In this document: in pieces, positions 7,098 through 16,785 of the stretch
Layout: each line of letters begins with the position of its first letter
Position numbering within the stretch: position 1 is the first letter of the stretch
Source: a virus
Strand: one strand, 5' to 3'
Virus record (IMG/VR): IMGVR_UViG_3300045988_137581
Coordinates: 1-60,712 of that record
Length of the DNA: 60,712 bases
Program-made: the position numbers and the translations under genes
The notes under the pieces: generated by a model
Databases searched by the model: none
What the model saw: the letters and a program-made list of their open reading frames with translations, nothing else
What the model was told of the DNA's origin: nothing

Positions 7098-7868
7098 ATG
7101 GAACAACAAACAACGCCGATGCCGGCAAGCACAAATTCCTTAATCTCTGCCAAAGAGTGCAGGTACACCGTAGCAGGTGAAGAAGTGAAACTATCATTCG
7201 ACATAGTACGCAAGTACCTTGTCAGAGGTAACGCAAGCGTTACCGACCAAGAGATTGTACTATTTATTAATGTATGCAAGTTCAACCAGCTTAACCCGTT
7301 CTTGAACGAGGCTTATCTCATTAAATTCGGCAAAGATGCCGCACAGATGATTGTCTCCAAGGAAGCATACTTCAAGAGAGCGGAGGCATGTCCCGAATAT
7401 GACGGATTCAGGTCGGGCATCATCGTAATGCGGGATAATAAAGCGGTCGAATTAGACGGCTGCTTCAAGATCAAAGGCGATGTGCTCGTGGGAGGTTGGG
7501 CGGAAGTTTATCGCAGGGATAGGAAATACCCCGTCATAGCCAAGGTCAATCTCGATGAATACGACAAAGGACAGAGCATCTGGAACTCGAAGAAGGCTAC
7601 TATGATTAGCAAAATTGCGAAAGTACAAGCATTCCGAGAAGCTTTCCCCGCTCAACTCGGAGCAATGTACACCAGCGAAGAGACGAGTGTCGAGGAAGTG
7701 CCTTATTCCGAAGTAAAGGAAGAAGCCAATTCCAAGCTCATAACACTTACCGAGAGCGGTAAGCCTGAGGTGGTGGACACGGAAACGGGAGAAGTCAAAG
7801 AAAGCGAAGCTACCCCGCAACCCACAACTACCCCACAAGTGATGACTGCAAAAATGCCGGGATTCTAA
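7098..7868 (+). CDS. recT: RecT/Bet-family single-strand annealing protein (256 aa)
   Basis: CKFNQLNPFLNEAYLIKFG...MIVSKEAYFKRAE...GGWAEVYRRD...KIAKVQAFREAFP is typical of the RecT/Bet family. Confidence 0.8.
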   Translation: MEQQTTPMPASTNSLISAKECRYTVAGEEVKLSFDIVRKYLVRGNASVTDQEIVLFINVCKFNQLNPFLNEAYLIKFGKDAAQMIVSKEAYFKRAEACPEYDGFRSGIIVMRDNKAVELDGCFKIKGDVLVGGWAEVYRRDRKYPVIAKVNLDEYDKGQSIWNSKKATMISKIAKVQAFREAFPAQLGAMYTSEETSVEEVPYSEVKEEANSKLITLTESGKPEVVDTETGEVKESEATPQPTTTPQVMTAKMPGF

Positions 7869-7887
7869 ACATTCAAAGCTAACAATC

Positions 7888-8628
7888 ATGACATTGACAA
7901 TCCTTGGTTCGAGTTCTGCGGGAAACTGCTATCTGTTCGATGACGGTAACGACATTTTGATGTTGGAATGCGGCATTCCTTTCAGAAAGGTGCAACAATC
8001 CGTCGATTTCAACATCGGTCGCATCGTGGCATGCTTGGTCAGCCACGAGCACGGCGACCACGCAAAAGCCGCAAAAGATGTGCTGAAAGCGAGAATACCG
8101 ATTTATGCCTCGCAAGGTACAATCGATGCATTAGGATTGATTAGTCAGGATATTATCTACTCTGTCAAGGAGATGGAAGCGGTGAAACTTGAACGCTTCA
8201 CCGTCTTCCCGTTCTCCGTACAGCATGACGCAGCACAACCTTTCGGTTATCTGATTCAGCACCCGGATATGGGCTTGACCGTATTCGCCACAGATACTTA
8301 TTACCTTAAATATAAGTTCGCAGGACTGAACAACATTATGATAGAATGCAATTACCGCAAGGATATACTTGACGACAACATCGCAAAAGGTCTGATTCCC
8401 TCCGTTGTGAGAGACCGCACGTTGACAAGCCATCTCGAATTCGAGACCTGCAAAGAAATCCTCCTTGCCAACGATTTGACTGCTGTGAATAACATTATTC
8501 TGATGCATCTCTCAGGCAACAATTCGGACGCAAGAGCATTTCAAGCCGACATGCAACAAGCCGTAGCTCATAATGTCATGGTTGCGAGGAAGGGAATGGT
8601 TATAAACTTTGATAAAACCCCATTCTGA
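7888..8628 (+). CDS. metallo-beta-lactamase-fold hydrolase, probable recombination or processing nuclease (246 aa)
   Basis: HEHGDH matches the HxHxDH motif. Sits directly after recT. Confidence 0.8.
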   Translation: MTLTILGSSSAGNCYLFDDGNDILMLECGIPFRKVQQSVDFNIGRIVACLVSHEHGDHAKAAKDVLKARIPIYASQGTIDALGLISQDIIYSVKEMEAVKLERFTVFPFSVQHDAAQPFGYLIQHPDMGLTVFATDTYYLKYKFAGLNNIMIECNYRKDILDDNIAKGLIPSVVRDRTLTSHLEFETCKEILLANDLTAVNNIILMHLSGNNSDARAFQADMQQAVAHNVMVARKGMVINFDKTPF

Positions 8629-9491
8629 TGAAGAAATCACTATATTTTCCGCATGACTACAATGCCCGTAATGACATCAAACTTCAATCCTTGATGTCGG
8701 AGCAAGGTGTCGCCGGAATAGGTATCTATTGGTGTCTCGTAGAGATGCTCTACGAGCAAGGCGGGAAGCTGCCGTTATCGGCTTGTAAAGGCATCGCCTA
8801 CACCCTTCGTGTCGGATGCAAATGCATTGCAAATGTAATCCAAAAGCATGGTTTATTTGAGTACGATTCTGTGTGGTTTTGGTCTCCGTCAGTTGTTAAT
8901 AGAACTAAAACGCTAAAAAAACTTTCAGAGACGAGAAAGTTTTCTGCAATGCAAAGATGGAATAGGTTTCAAAATGACATTAAGCAAAGTATTGATAATC
9001 AGCAAGAAGACAAAAACCCGACCGATGCAAATGCATTGCACTTGCAATCCAAAAGCAATGCACTTGCTATGCATTCGCAATGCACTTGCTATGCAATAAA
9101 AATAAAAGAAAATAAAGAAAGTATCTCTAACGAGATACCAAAGAAAGCAGACGAGCTGCTTTCAGGTAGTGGTGATTTTTGCACCGTTAAAAAATCAAAA
9201 AAAATTGAGGCTATGCAGTCGGACGAAAAAAAACAATCCCCCCTTTTCCGTCCGCCATCGGTGGCGGACGTGCAGGCGTACATCGGCGAGAAAGGTTACC
9301 ATTTCTCCGCAGAGGAATTTTGCGACTTTTATGCGAGCAAGAACTGGTTCGTCGGGAAAAACAAAATGCGGGACTGGAAAGCCGCGGTGCGAAATTGGGA
9401 GCGACGCCGCAAGGAGCAAGCAACCATGCAGCAACAAAGACGTCAGACCGTGATAGCGATAAAACCGAATGACGAATGGCAACAAGGATAG
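8628..9491 (+). CDS. replication initiator / replisome organiser, DnaD-like with a DUF4373-like N-terminus (287 aa)
   Basis: YFPHDYNARNDIKLQSLMSEQGVAGIGIYWCLVEMLYEQGG. The C-terminus reads KNWFVGKNKMRDWKAAVRNWERRR. The gene contains iterons and overlaps the loader gene. Confidence 0.65.
   Translation: MKKSLYFPHDYNARNDIKLQSLMSEQGVAGIGIYWCLVEMLYEQGGKLPLSACKGIAYTLRVGCKCIANVIQKHGLFEYDSVWFWSPSVVNRTKTLKKLSETRKFSAMQRWNRFQNDIKQSIDNQQEDKNPTDANALHLQSKSNALAMHSQCTCYAIKIKENKESISNEIPKKADELLSGSGDFCTVKKSKKIEAMQSDEKKQSPLFRPPSVADVQAYIGEKGYHFSAEEFCDFYASKNWFVGKNKMRDWKAAVRNWERRRKEQATMQQQRRQTVIAIKPNDEWQQG
9024..9122. promoter_or_regulatory. Candidate replication origin: iterons plus an A/T-rich tract inside the initiator gene
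   Basis: TGCACTTGC occurs at 9037-9045, 9059-9067 and 9081-9089, with exact 22-nt phasing. The 19-nt unit GCAATGCACTTGCTATGCA occurs at 9055-9073 and 9077-9095. An A/T-rich tract follows at 9095-9122. A related 36-nt copy lies at 8815-8850. Confidence 0.55.
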
Positions 9492-10195
9492 ACATCGACA
9501 AGGTTCTCAAGCTCGTTAACGAGCGAGGCATGTACAAGGGCATGGCAAGAGTTGCGGCGACCAACTTCGAGTTTGCGGATTGCATGGCGTTGGTCGAAGC
9601 CATCGGAAAACAACGTAACCCGAATTTCACCATCGATGCGGAGAACCGCTTTGCGTACGAGAACTTCGTCAGATGGCTGCACGTCGATAAATCGATGCAA
9701 GCTCTCTCACCGGACGACCGACAGGTTATTGCAGGAGACCCGAACAAAGGCATCTACATCGCAGGTAACACAGGCAGCGGAAAATCGTGGTGCATGGAAG
9801 TCATGTCGATTTATGCGAACATCTTCGGCTTTCAAATCAGCTTCGGCAACAGAGAAAGCACAATCCGCTGGAAAGCCGCCAGAGCCGAGGAGATAGTGGC
9901 GAGTTATCTTGCCACGACCTCGATAGACGAGTTCAAGAAGTGCGACATCCTGTGCATTCAAGATTTCGGGGCGGAGCCGTTGGAGGCTGTGGCTATGGGC
10001 AACCGACAGAACGTCCTTCGCACTCTGCTTGAACACCGCGGCGATTACTGCGACAGATGTTTGACGCTGATAAGCTCGAATTATTCGCTCCGCAATCCTG
10101 CTTTGGTCGAGAGTTACGGAGAGCGGGTTGTCAGCCGTCTTCGACAGATGTGCAATTATTTCGAGATTAAAGGCAGAGATAGAAGACGAACCTGA
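9476..10195 (+). CDS. DnaC/IstB-like AAA+ helicase loader (239 aa)
   Basis: Walker A (GNTGSGKS) and Walker B (DILCIQDFG). Overlaps the initiator gene by 16 nt. Confidence 0.75.
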   Translation: MATRIDIDKVLKLVNERGMYKGMARVAATNFEFADCMALVEAIGKQRNPNFTIDAENRFAYENFVRWLHVDKSMQALSPDDRQVIAGDPNKGIYIAGNTGSGKSWCMEVMSIYANIFGFQISFGNRESTIRWKAARAEEIVASYLATTSIDEFKKCDILCIQDFGAEPLEAVAMGNRQNVLRTLLEHRGDYCDRCLTLISSNYSLRNPALVESYGERVVSRLRQMCNYFEIKGRDRRRT

Positions 10196-10216
10196 CCTTT
10201 GGAGGAAAAATCGAAA

Positions 10217-10699
10217 ATGAGGCGTATTTTCTCGCTCCTGCGGGCTTCAAAATCTAAAATAGTACAAGTTATCACACGAGCAGGAAAAAGCCTCTTAGAA
10301 TTGAGATATTTGAATTTAGAACGAACAAAAAAACAAAAAGCAATGAGAAAAGCGAAAATGAGAACCCTGAGAATTCGCCTCACGGAAAGCGATTACAGGC
10401 AGTTAAGCAAATTGAAACAGCAAGGCAAATCCTTGACCGATAGTCTTGTAGATGTGGCGTTAGCCACTATTGCGAGCAACGGGAAAGTTGAGACGATGCA
10501 ACATTACGAGAAGCTGATTACGAAGCTGCGAGAGAAACTCGATGCCTGTGCAGTGGACCAACGCAGATTGCGAGGAGAGCGAGATTTGCTCATAGCGAAG
10601 TACGAGCTCGAGAAGAATGTCAACAACGAGTTGCACAGTCGGCTTTTGGCAATTAAAACTTGGAAAGGAAGAATTAAAAACTTGTTAGGACTATGTTGA
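10217..10699 (+). CDS. hypothetical protein, possible ribbon-helix-helix (track ORF starts at TTG 10199)
   Basis: LRIRLTESDYRQLSKLKQQ is RHH-like, and the C-terminus is coiled coil. Confidence 0.5.
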   Translation: MRRIFSLLRASKSKIVQVITRAGKSLLELRYLNLERTKKQKAMRKAKMRTLRIRLTESDYRQLSKLKQQGKSLTDSLVDVALATIASNGKVETMQHYEKLITKLREKLDACAVDQRRLRGERDLLIAKYELEKNVNNELHSRLLAIKTWKGRIKNLLGLC

Positions 10700-11034
10700 G
10701 TACTCCGAGAGAAGAAGAAAAGAAACTCGAACACTTGAAGAAAAATCCGCAATGGAGAGCATTCTCGCAAAGCAAAGACCTTTCCCGCGTGAACAGGCTT
10801 ATAAGCATGGCATATCTGCTTCAAAGCATTGCGACTTCTTATACGGAAGAGGCTAATTCCTTACTTGAAAAGTATGGACTGATGCACCACGAAATCAAGT
10901 CCTTTTCGAGACATCTGACAAAAGCTTTCGATGCTTACGACAAACAACTTGACAGACTGATTTGCAATGAGAGTTCAAGAAAGCAACTGTGCGATGACTT
11001 GAGTACTTCGAGAATGTTTGCAGACAATTCATGA
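10693..11034 (+). CDS. hypothetical protein (113 aa)
   Basis: ATG ORF that overlaps the previous gene by 7 nt. Confidence 0.5.
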   Translation: MLSTPREEEKKLEHLKKNPQWRAFSQSKDLSRVNRLISMAYLLQSIATSYTEEANSLLEKYGLMHHEIKSFSRHLTKAFDAYDKQLDRLICNESSRKQLCDDLSTSRMFADNS

Positions 11035-11052
11035 ACAAAGACGAATAAAAAA

Positions 11053-11295
11053 ATGAGAAAGATTTTTAATTGGATTAAACAGAGTAACAGATACAAACAC
11101 TTAATCGGAGGTTGTATCATCGGTCTATTTGCGTGCGGTTGGTTTACCGCTGTATATGCCTCGGGATTGGTTGGTGTGGCTATGGAGTACAAAGACAAGG
11201 CACACGGAGGACAATTCGATTGGATAGATGCTGCAATGACCTTTTTAGGAGGCATTATTGGTCGAGGAATTGCAGTATTGAGTTGTAATATTTAG
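11053..11295 (+). CDS. small membrane protein (80 aa, 2 predicted TM segments)
   Basis: Hydrophobic segments LIGGCIIGLFACGWFTAVYASGLVGV and AAMTFLGGIIGRGIAVL. Confidence 0.5.
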   Translation: MRKIFNWIKQSNRYKHLIGGCIIGLFACGWFTAVYASGLVGVAMEYKDKAHGGQFDWIDAAMTFLGGIIGRGIAVLSCNI

Positions 11296-11312
11296 CAAAA
11301 CAAATCAAAAAA

Positions 11313-11723
11313 ATGAGTGCAATATTGATGACAAATGAGCTGCTTACACAACTATGCATTTGTAAATCTTGCAAGCATAAGCAGTGTAAAGGGTGCAATC
11401 CGAACAAGCGTAGATTGCTCCTACGACAAACAAGGCAACAACTGCCCCATGCCGTGGACGATGCGGAGTTATTCGTTGGCGAAAAAGGGGTGTATCTCAA
11501 TATGGTCGCAATGGAAATGCAAGAGCCTAAGTTTGGTGATACGCATTATATCAAGGTGTCTGTCGATAAAGACCGGTATAACAGCATGACAGAGGAAGAA
11601 CGCAAACAGCAGCCTATTCTCGGAGGTATGAGAATTTTAGAGCGAAATACTCTTCAACCGATGACACCAATGAGTACACTCGATGGTAGCAGCTTCATTG
11701 ATGACAATGATTTCCCATTTTAA
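11313..11723 (+). CDS. hypothetical protein (136 aa)
   Basis: ATG ORF with a Cys-rich N-terminus (CICKSCKHKQCKGC). Confidence 0.5.
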   Translation: MSAILMTNELLTQLCICKSCKHKQCKGCNPNKRRLLLRQTRQQLPHAVDDAELFVGEKGVYLNMVAMEMQEPKFGDTHYIKVSVDKDRYNSMTEEERKQQPILGGMRILERNTLQPMTPMSTLDGSSFIDDNDFPF

Positions 11724-11734
11724 TTTCCGGAGAA

Positions 11735-11914
11735 ATGAAGACAATATACATGGACATATTCCTTAACGGGAAATTTTATACGCAACAAGAATTGCGATAT
11801 TCACCACTTTTCCCCATCTCCGTAGATAGTGTAAAAAAAACAATAGAGGATAAATGGAGAACTCTTAAAGGTAAGGATTATACAATTAGGTTCAGTAATC
11901 AGAAAATCAAGTAA
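11735..11914 (+). CDS. hypothetical protein (59 aa, below the ORF-track cutoff)
   Basis: Translated by eye: MKTIYMDIFLNGKFYTQQELRYSPLFPISVDSVKKTIEDKWRTLKGKDYTIRFSNQKIK. It exactly fills the gap between its neighbours. Confidence 0.35.
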   Translation: MKTIYMDIFLNGKFYTQQELRYSPLFPISVDSVKKTIEDKWRTLKGKDYTIRFSNQKIK

Positions 11915-11916
11915 AC

Positions 11917-12162
11917 ATGGACACAACAGTAATCAAAGAAATTGTGGCATTCGTATTCGGAAGGAAATACTATGCCAATATAATTAACACGAAAGGAACA
12001 ACGAAACAGGAGATATGTTCTTTTATATTCACCTCTAAACAAGAGGCAAAACAGCATAGAAAAGAGCTTGATGATACTCTTTCTTTTCGCTTCATCGAGA
12101 CAATATCTTTTCGCTCCCGTAAGGTCAATGTTCATTTACTATCAAACAATCATACGATATGA
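11917..12162 (+). CDS. hypothetical protein (81 aa)
   Basis: ATG ORF, tightly packed, with a 4-nt overlap with the next gene. Confidence 0.45.
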   Translation: MDTTVIKEIVAFVFGRKYYANIINTKGTTKQEICSFIFTSKQEAKQHRKELDDTLSFRFIETISFRSRKVNVHLLSNNHTI

Positions 12163-12551
12163 CACAAAACATTATTCAACGTTGGATTGATAGGCATACC
12201 AGCTTTGTAATCCTCGACCCACGGGATAGCTCGGTAACGTTATCTCGCAAACTTTTCAATCACCTCCGCAAGAATTGCGATACTGCCGACCCGAATGTTT
12301 TTATGTTCAAGGAAGGAGCGACGAACCAATATGGATTTATGCTCAATCCGGACATAGAGCAACCAACGCACTATTGCAAGATACAACACAATGCGAAGTA
12401 TAAGTGTATAGGCTTTGAAACGTTATGTCCGACAGTAGAGCTGATTCTGTACACTTATGCTATTCCGTCAAGAATAACCAAACTTTCCGTTCAACATAAA
12501 AGATTGAACGGAAAGTCTTATTACTTAATCTTAAACCCAAACAAAAAATGA
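12159..12551 (+). CDS. hypothetical protein (130 aa)
   Basis: ATG ORF with ATGA-type overlaps on both sides. Confidence 0.5.
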   Translation: MTQNIIQRWIDRHTSFVILDPRDSSVTLSRKLFNHLRKNCDTADPNVFMFKEGATNQYGFMLNPDIEQPTHYCKIQHNAKYKCIGFETLCPTVELILYTYAIPSRITKLSVQHKRLNGKSYYLILNPNKK

Positions 12552-12922
12552 GAAACCTATCCCAATGCACACACAAAAGATTGCATGATATTAAATTCCA
12601 CAAGAATGGTAACATCGACATTTGCCAAAGTCTATCTAAATTGCTTGATTTGAGAGCAGGAGATGTGATAGACGTTGTGGAAGACAACGAGCAGCTGTAT
12701 ATCATTAAAAGATACAACGGTAAAGCAGGAAGACATCGTAACATGATACACCCGACGTACGGTAAGACGTATGGACATTGTAGAGTGTATTCGAAAGAGA
12801 TGTGTACCAATGTCCTCGAAGTGAAGAACGCAACACAATATATCAGTTTCTTCACTTCACACGAAGTAGTAGAATTGTACGGTTACAAAGCAGTATCTTT
12901 AATACCTCTGTCATGGAAATAG
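12548..12922 (+). CDS. hypothetical protein (124 aa), possibly with an AbrB/SpoVT-like fold
   Basis: ICQSLSKLLDLRAGDVIDVVEDNEQLYIIK resembles a swapped-hairpin barrel motif. The call is weak. Confidence 0.45.
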   Translation: MRNLSQCTHKRLHDIKFHKNGNIDICQSLSKLLDLRAGDVIDVVEDNEQLYIIKRYNGKAGRHRNMIHPTYGKTYGHCRVYSKEMCTNVLEVKNATQYISFFTSHEVVELYGYKAVSLIPLSWK

Positions 12923-15570
12923 ATGTACGATATAAAGGATATACCGCCAACACTTCGGATTATGATGCACCCGATGGCGATTTAGCGTTGTCGCTTAATG
13001 TCGGATTGAAAGCAGGAACTTTAAAGCCGATGTTGCTTCCGAAGCAGATAATAAAGTTAGATGAAGAAGAACATCTTGTTTATATAGATAATGACAGATA
13101 CATCTACTACGGAATAAATTCAGGCAGAGGAGGCTTATATTGGAAGAACAATGAAGGGAAGGAACACTATCTGTTTAGTAACAAGAACGACGAGGGTATT
13201 TACAACTATCTCGGTCTGCAATTCCAGACATTAGGTAATGTTTTGGTTTTGATTGACAGGATTGAACAAGGTCGTATATTTTATTTCTTGTGGACGGGCG
13301 AGGATTATAAATACCTTGGGCAACATTTGCCCGAAATAAACCTTTCGTTCGGATTGCAAAGACGACTGGGCTTGTCTTCTTCATGCGAACTTCAAGTAGG
13401 GGTTTTCCTCGGTACCGACTATAGCGAGAGCCCAGTGCTGGATGACACCAAAGTAGTAACAGTCTTAGGTTACGCGAACAAGCTCATTGCAGAAGCCACT
13501 AGTAAAGGATATTTTATATACCCATTTTTCGTGAGATACGCTTATCGGCTATATGATGGCTCTCTGATTATGCACTCAGCTCCTGTACTCATGATACCAT
13601 GCAGTGCAGCTACCCCCCGAATTGATTACCAAGTAGGCACAAGCGTTGTAGCAGAGTTAATTACCAAATCAGTCTTTGCTGATATTTTTTCACTTGATTT
13701 TGCGGTAACCACAGAAGACGAGATTGCCAACATACAAGCATTATCGGAGATAATACAGAGTGTGGACATCTTCATTTCAGCTCCTATATACACTTACAAT
13801 CAATCGAAGAATACTTTGTACTACGGGGAATATTCGACATTCGGGTATTACAAAGAGCCTTTGGCTAACGCAGATTATAAGCAACACATAACATCAAAGG
13901 CTCTTGCTTTATCAGTAGTAGGCTTCACAAAAGACGAAATATTGGAGAAAATAAAGAACACCTCTACGTTCTACTTCCTCAAATCAATCAAATTGGACGA
14001 ACTATCTACAGAAAGGAAGATTATAAATATTCAGAAAAACCACCTCACTAATCTGCTACAACAAGAAGTAATGTCCGATTGCTATCAAGACCATGACATT
14101 CTACGGGCAAAGTATCAGTATATATACAATAGTCGACTAAATGTAGCTAACATTACTCGGAAATTATTCGGAGGGTATTCCCCATCAGCACTCTTCACTC
14201 ATGTAACCACATCTCGTGTGAGTTATAACGATAACACCCAACAGAGCTTAACTTTCGATTGGGTTATCTTTGTCTTTATTATCAGAGAGAACAATAAAGA
14301 GTATATCGTTATGGCGGACAAAGCCGAGATAGGGAACGACACGCCCCTCTACTACTTCTATTATCCGAACATACACGCATATAAAGCCGTTCTAATCCAA
14401 ACGGAGGGATACACAGACAATAGCGATGGCGCGAGAACATACGCCCTCCGTCGCAAAATTGAGATTATTCTCGAACCTCACCCTTTTCTTAATGGAGCAT
14501 ATTACGCAAGGACTCTTGACGAAAGGGCGGAAGTTTGGTCGGATATAGATGGGAGTGGACCTATCCCTGACTCCGAAACCAATGATATTCCAACACCTAC
14601 TGCTGAGAATACTATATCAGACCATGGTAAAATATTTTCTTCCGAAGTGGATAATCCTTTCTTGTTTCTTCCGAGCAACATTAACACCATACAAGGAGAA
14701 ATTATTGGATTAGCAAGTGCAACGCAAGCAATATCGCAAGGGCAATTCGGTCAATTCCCATTGTATGCTTTTACTGATAATGGTATATGGACTTTGAACA
14801 TTTCTCCCGATAGTGGTAAGTTTATTTCGATACAGCCTGTAAGCAGAGAAGTTTGTGTTGAGCCTAATTCGATAACACAGATAGATAATGCTGTTCTGTT
14901 TATATCTCAAAGAGGTATTATAATGCTGGCAGGAGCAGCGACAAAATGTATATCTGATGAATTGATGCCACTTGGGGATAACTTCGACCTTTCATCTCTA
15001 CCTAATATTGACAGATTCACATCTGATTTGATTCCACTGCCAATCGTGTCGTTTAGGACTTATTTAGGTGGAGCAAGAATGATATATGACTACAAGAATA
15101 GAGAGTTGATAGTTTATAATGGTTCGGATTATTCGTACGTGTATCAATTTGAAACCATGACATGGGGGATATCATCTCGCAAAATCACATTCAATATTCC
15201 TCGATATACAGAAGCTCTTGCGGAAATAGGTAATGCTGTTTTCGATTTTTCGGAACGGCAAACAGAAAAAACCGTGTCTATCTTTATCATAACTCGACCA
15301 TTGAAACTCGACGCACCGGATGTATTCAAAACCATTCATAAAGTAATACAACGAGGCGTTTACTCCGAGATTAAGCAAATTCTGTATGGTTCCAATGACT
15401 TAATTCATTGGCATACTGTATGGAGTTCAACAAACGGTAGAATGCAAGGCTTTCGAGGCACTCCGTATAAGTACTATCGCATTGCTGTTTTTGGCGATAT
15501 GACATCTCAGGAAAGCATTTCTGCTGCGACAATAGTGTATAATCATAGATTGACTAATCAAGTACGATAA
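12913..15570 (+). CDS. large hypothetical protein (885 aa from ATG 12913; track ORF 12802..15570), possibly a virion or tail component
   Basis: ATG 12913 overlaps the stop of the previous gene. The sequence is beta-rich with no enzymatic motif. It is the largest gene of the + block. Confidence 0.65.
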   Translation: MEIDVRYKGYTANTSDYDAPDGDLALSLNVGLKAGTLKPMLLPKQIIKLDEEEHLVYIDNDRYIYYGINSGRGGLYWKNNEGKEHYLFSNKNDEGIYNYLGLQFQTLGNVLVLIDRIEQGRIFYFLWTGEDYKYLGQHLPEINLSFGLQRRLGLSSSCELQVGVFLGTDYSESPVLDDTKVVTVLGYANKLIAEATSKGYFIYPFFVRYAYRLYDGSLIMHSAPVLMIPCSAATPRIDYQVGTSVVAELITKSVFADIFSLDFAVTTEDEIANIQALSEIIQSVDIFISAPIYTYNQSKNTLYYGEYSTFGYYKEPLANADYKQHITSKALALSVVGFTKDEILEKIKNTSTFYFLKSIKLDELSTERKIINIQKNHLTNLLQQEVMSDCYQDHDILRAKYQYIYNSRLNVANITRKLFGGYSPSALFTHVTTSRVSYNDNTQQSLTFDWVIFVFIIRENNKEYIVMADKAEIGNDTPLYYFYYPNIHAYKAVLIQTEGYTDNSDGARTYALRRKIEIILEPHPFLNGAYYARTLDERAEVWSDIDGSGPIPDSETNDIPTPTAENTISDHGKIFSSEVDNPFLFLPSNINTIQGEIIGLASATQAISQGQFGQFPLYAFTDNGIWTLNISPDSGKFISIQPVSREVCVEPNSITQIDNAVLFISQRGIIMLAGAATKCISDELMPLGDNFDLSSLPNIDRFTSDLIPLPIVSFRTYLGGARMIYDYKNRELIVYNGSDYSYVYQFETMTWGISSRKITFNIPRYTEALAEIGNAVFDFSERQTEKTVSIFIITRPLKLDAPDVFKTIHKVIQRGVYSEIKQILYGSNDLIHWHTVWSSTNGRMQGFRGTPYKYYRIAVFGDMTSQESISAATIVYNHRLTNQVR

Positions 15571-15644
15571 ATTAGATGATGAACTTAGATGGAAGAGCTT
15601 GAAATGAAATCGATGGAGGAATAAGCAATAAAAACAATTCACAG

Positions 15645-16094
15645 ATGACACAATTTAAAGAATTTATTTCTACCCTCCCCGAATGGGACGGTAAAGATAG
15701 AATTGCAGAACTAACAAGGAGAATAAAAATAAATCTATCCCTGTACGACATGGACGATGAAACAGTTCAACGTTCTACTGTAATGGTCAACTTATTGAAA
15801 GCACTATTCCATAGAATAGATACAGTGATAGTTGGCAAACAAGGGATAGGCAAAAGTACCTTCATACGCTGGATATATCCTTTCATAGATGGAGAGAGAC
15901 TTCCGCAAGATAGGGAAGACGTTACGCTGTATATAATTGCAAACAAAGTTCTTATCTTGGAGTGCAACGAATTTATTCCCCTAAAAATTTCTGGTAAAGT
16001 TCTTATTTGTGAAATCATAGATATTGATTACTCTTACATAGACATTGACATCAAACAGTTATACGCCCAAGTGTTTGCGGAGGCAAAAGAATAG
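15645..16094 (+). CDS. VirE / primase-associated P-loop NTPase-like fragment (149 aa)
   Basis: LPEWDGKDRIAEL and VIVGKQGIGKSTFIRW resemble the VirE family, but the protein is far shorter than full-length members. Confidence 0.5.
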   Translation: MTQFKEFISTLPEWDGKDRIAELTRRIKINLSLYDMDDETVQRSTVMVNLLKALFHRIDTVIVGKQGIGKSTFIRWIYPFIDGERLPQDREDVTLYIIANKVLILECNEFIPLKISGKVLICEIIDIDYSYIDIDIKQLYAQVFAEAKE

Positions 16095-16287
16095 GATTGT
16101 ATTTGTTCAACATACAAATTTGTTATTTTCATTGATTGAACCGCTATTGTCGAGAGACAAGGGTGTTCTTTTCTTTCTAACCCTGCTCTAAATAATAGTA
16201 TAAGGAGGCAAAAGGCGGCAAACCGTTTAATGCTAATTTTGCGGTATATGCACAGGTTTTTACACGGAAGTAGAAACAGAATTGTAT

Positions 16288-16785
16288 CTAAAAAGGTTTG
16301 AGCGGTCGTTTTATCGCACTTCTTCTGAATAAGACTATTTTATTAATCTGTTCTTTCGAGGCAAGTCTTTTGCTTTCCCAATTAGGCTGACTATTCGGCT
16401 TGGTGATGCTCATCCAATCGGCAAGCACCCTGCTTACCATATACTCATGTATTAAGTCTTTAAGTAAATCTATTGTCGTTTCCGAGAACATATCAGGCAA
16501 TTTGAGTTTTATTTCATACTCATCGAAATTTTGTAGATGGTTATTTTTCTCGGCATAATTCACTGCTCTCTTTGTGTATGGGTAAAGCATCTCGATACAT
16601 TCATAATAAGCCAAGTTTAACACTCTTGTTACACGGTCGATATTGCCATTTTCCGCAATATCGAAGACCTGGTGTTTAGCGTGTTCCTCTTGTTCCTGCA
16701 TCAAATCTCCCTCAATGAATGAGCCGTTGGAGATATCATATAGCAACTCATCTCGCTTAAAGCGAAGTATTACTTTATTCTCCAT
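16288..16785 (-). CDS. virion-module protein, paralog 3 of 3 (165 aa)
   Basis: Shares ELLYDI...G at the N-terminus and H.Y.V...L..WMSI...RP at the C-terminus with the two upstream genes. Confidence 0.6.
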   Translation of the reverse strand: MENKVILRFKRDELLYDISNGSFIEGDLMQEQEEHAKHQVFDIAENGNIDRVTRVLNLAYYECIEMLYPYTKRAVNYAEKNNHLQNFDEYEIKLKLPDMFSETTIDLLKDLIHEYMVSRVLADWMSITKPNSQPNWESKRLASKEQINKIVLFRRSAIKRPLKPF

